From: Octopus sinensis
Taxonomy: Eukaryota
Direction: 5' to 3'
Assembly: GCF_006345805.1 (NCBI RefSeq)
Contig: NC_043005.1
Span: forward strand, 90,272,001 to 90,336,000
DNA: 64,000 bases
Each line of letters starts with the position of its first letter. Position 1 is the stretch's first letter. Below the pieces are notes generated by a model that saw only the letters and a list, made by a program, of their open reading frames with translations, was not told where the DNA came from and ran no database searches. Below are positions 63,391 through 64,000 of this stretch, piece after piece. Both the position numbers and the translations under genes were made by a program.

Positions 63391-64000
63391 CTAATGCCGT
63401 AAAATGGTCGTGTATACACTTGAGTGTGATACACAGTTGGTAAGACAATATCATTTTCATTGCTGTTTAGGTTTTAATGCTTATCATCATCATCATTGTT
63501 CGACCGTGGTCGAGACTTTCAGTCTTTTCAAATGGCTAATAATGTGTGCGCGCGCCACTACTACACACATAATGCTTAACCACAATGACAGCTTAAATGA
63601 CAGAGACAGGAGGTCATTTAAACAGATAAAGAACCATAAAGAATGAATATATAGATTATGTCGGTTATTCATATATACTGTAAGTAAAACTACTGCATTA
63701 TCTAATGTGTCTGATCATGTTTTTAAAATGGTAGGAGTGTAATTTGAGAGGGGTTTGACTGTTATTTCTAGCACAGTGTGTGACTGTGTAGATATACTTG
63801 TGATACTGTAACAGGCAAAAATGAATGGTCCTGATTGGGAAAATTTATGAACTAAGCTAAGTGTGGGAAATTTAGCTTTGAATCACATCCAATAAGGGTG
63901 GGGGAAGGGGATTTAATCAATCTAAGGTGTTTAACTCGGCTGGCAAATTGCCGATAAAAACAAACTTTACCAAAATATTTTTTATTAGATAATAGACTGA

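Larger units (their letters stand above)
1..64000. repeat. Window-wide simple-sequence repeats: (TA)n, (CA/TG)n, (TATC)n, (TACA)n, (GAT/CAT)n, (TAA)n/(TAG)n, (GGT)n, (GA/CT)n
   Basis: Seen directly, e.g. (TA)n 13710-13850, (TATC)n 8906-8975 and 10242-10315, (GAT)n 22355-22400, (GGT)n 25265-25335, (TAA)n(TAG)n 50703-50800, (TTA)n 60327-60381. They account for most ORFs in the ORF track (YIYI, THTH, CVCV peptides). Confidence 0.98.

Noticed and set aside
141-63646. Most ORFs in the supplied track (YIYIYI, THTHTH, CVCVCV, LSLSLS, HHHH, GGGG peptides)
   Set aside because: They are translations of microsatellites or SINE bodies, with no splice context or protein-like composition.

Overview
AT-rich, microsatellite-saturated eukaryotic DNA. 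The SINE families resemble those I know from octopus genomes, so a cephalopod source is an inference and was not checked against a database. Most of the window is intron-like: (TA)n/(CA)n/(TATC)n/(GAT)n tracts, several tRNA-derived SINE families, hAT-, piggyBac- and Helentron-type non-autonomous elements, and decayed fragments of RLE-type and RTE LINEs and of Merlin and Tc1/mariner transposases. Three to four candidate minus-strand exons of an unidentified gene lie at about 57.4, 53.1, 50.5 and possibly 32.3 kb. The standout structure is at 7.7-10.3 kb. A ~360-nt non-coding repeat carries a canonical-core type I hammerhead ribozyme (CUGACGA / stem II / GAAA-CCGG-UC) at the tip of a long rod-like stem. 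It is arranged as one inverted monomer plus ~1.4 head-to-tail monomers, so hammerheads sit on both strands (4 in total). It lies next to a second, variant hammerhead-like family, and the whole 1.33-kb cassette is duplicated in tandem. This looks like a retrozyme or Penelope-like pLTR system. Three more (TA)n-embedded fold-back cassettes with ~115-125 bp arms follow at 12.3, 20.8 and 21.3 kb, and one of them is built from the 3' half of U6 snRNA. No ribozyme activity, expression or novelty can be confirmed from sequence alone. Long perfect fold-backs can also be assembly or amplification artefacts.
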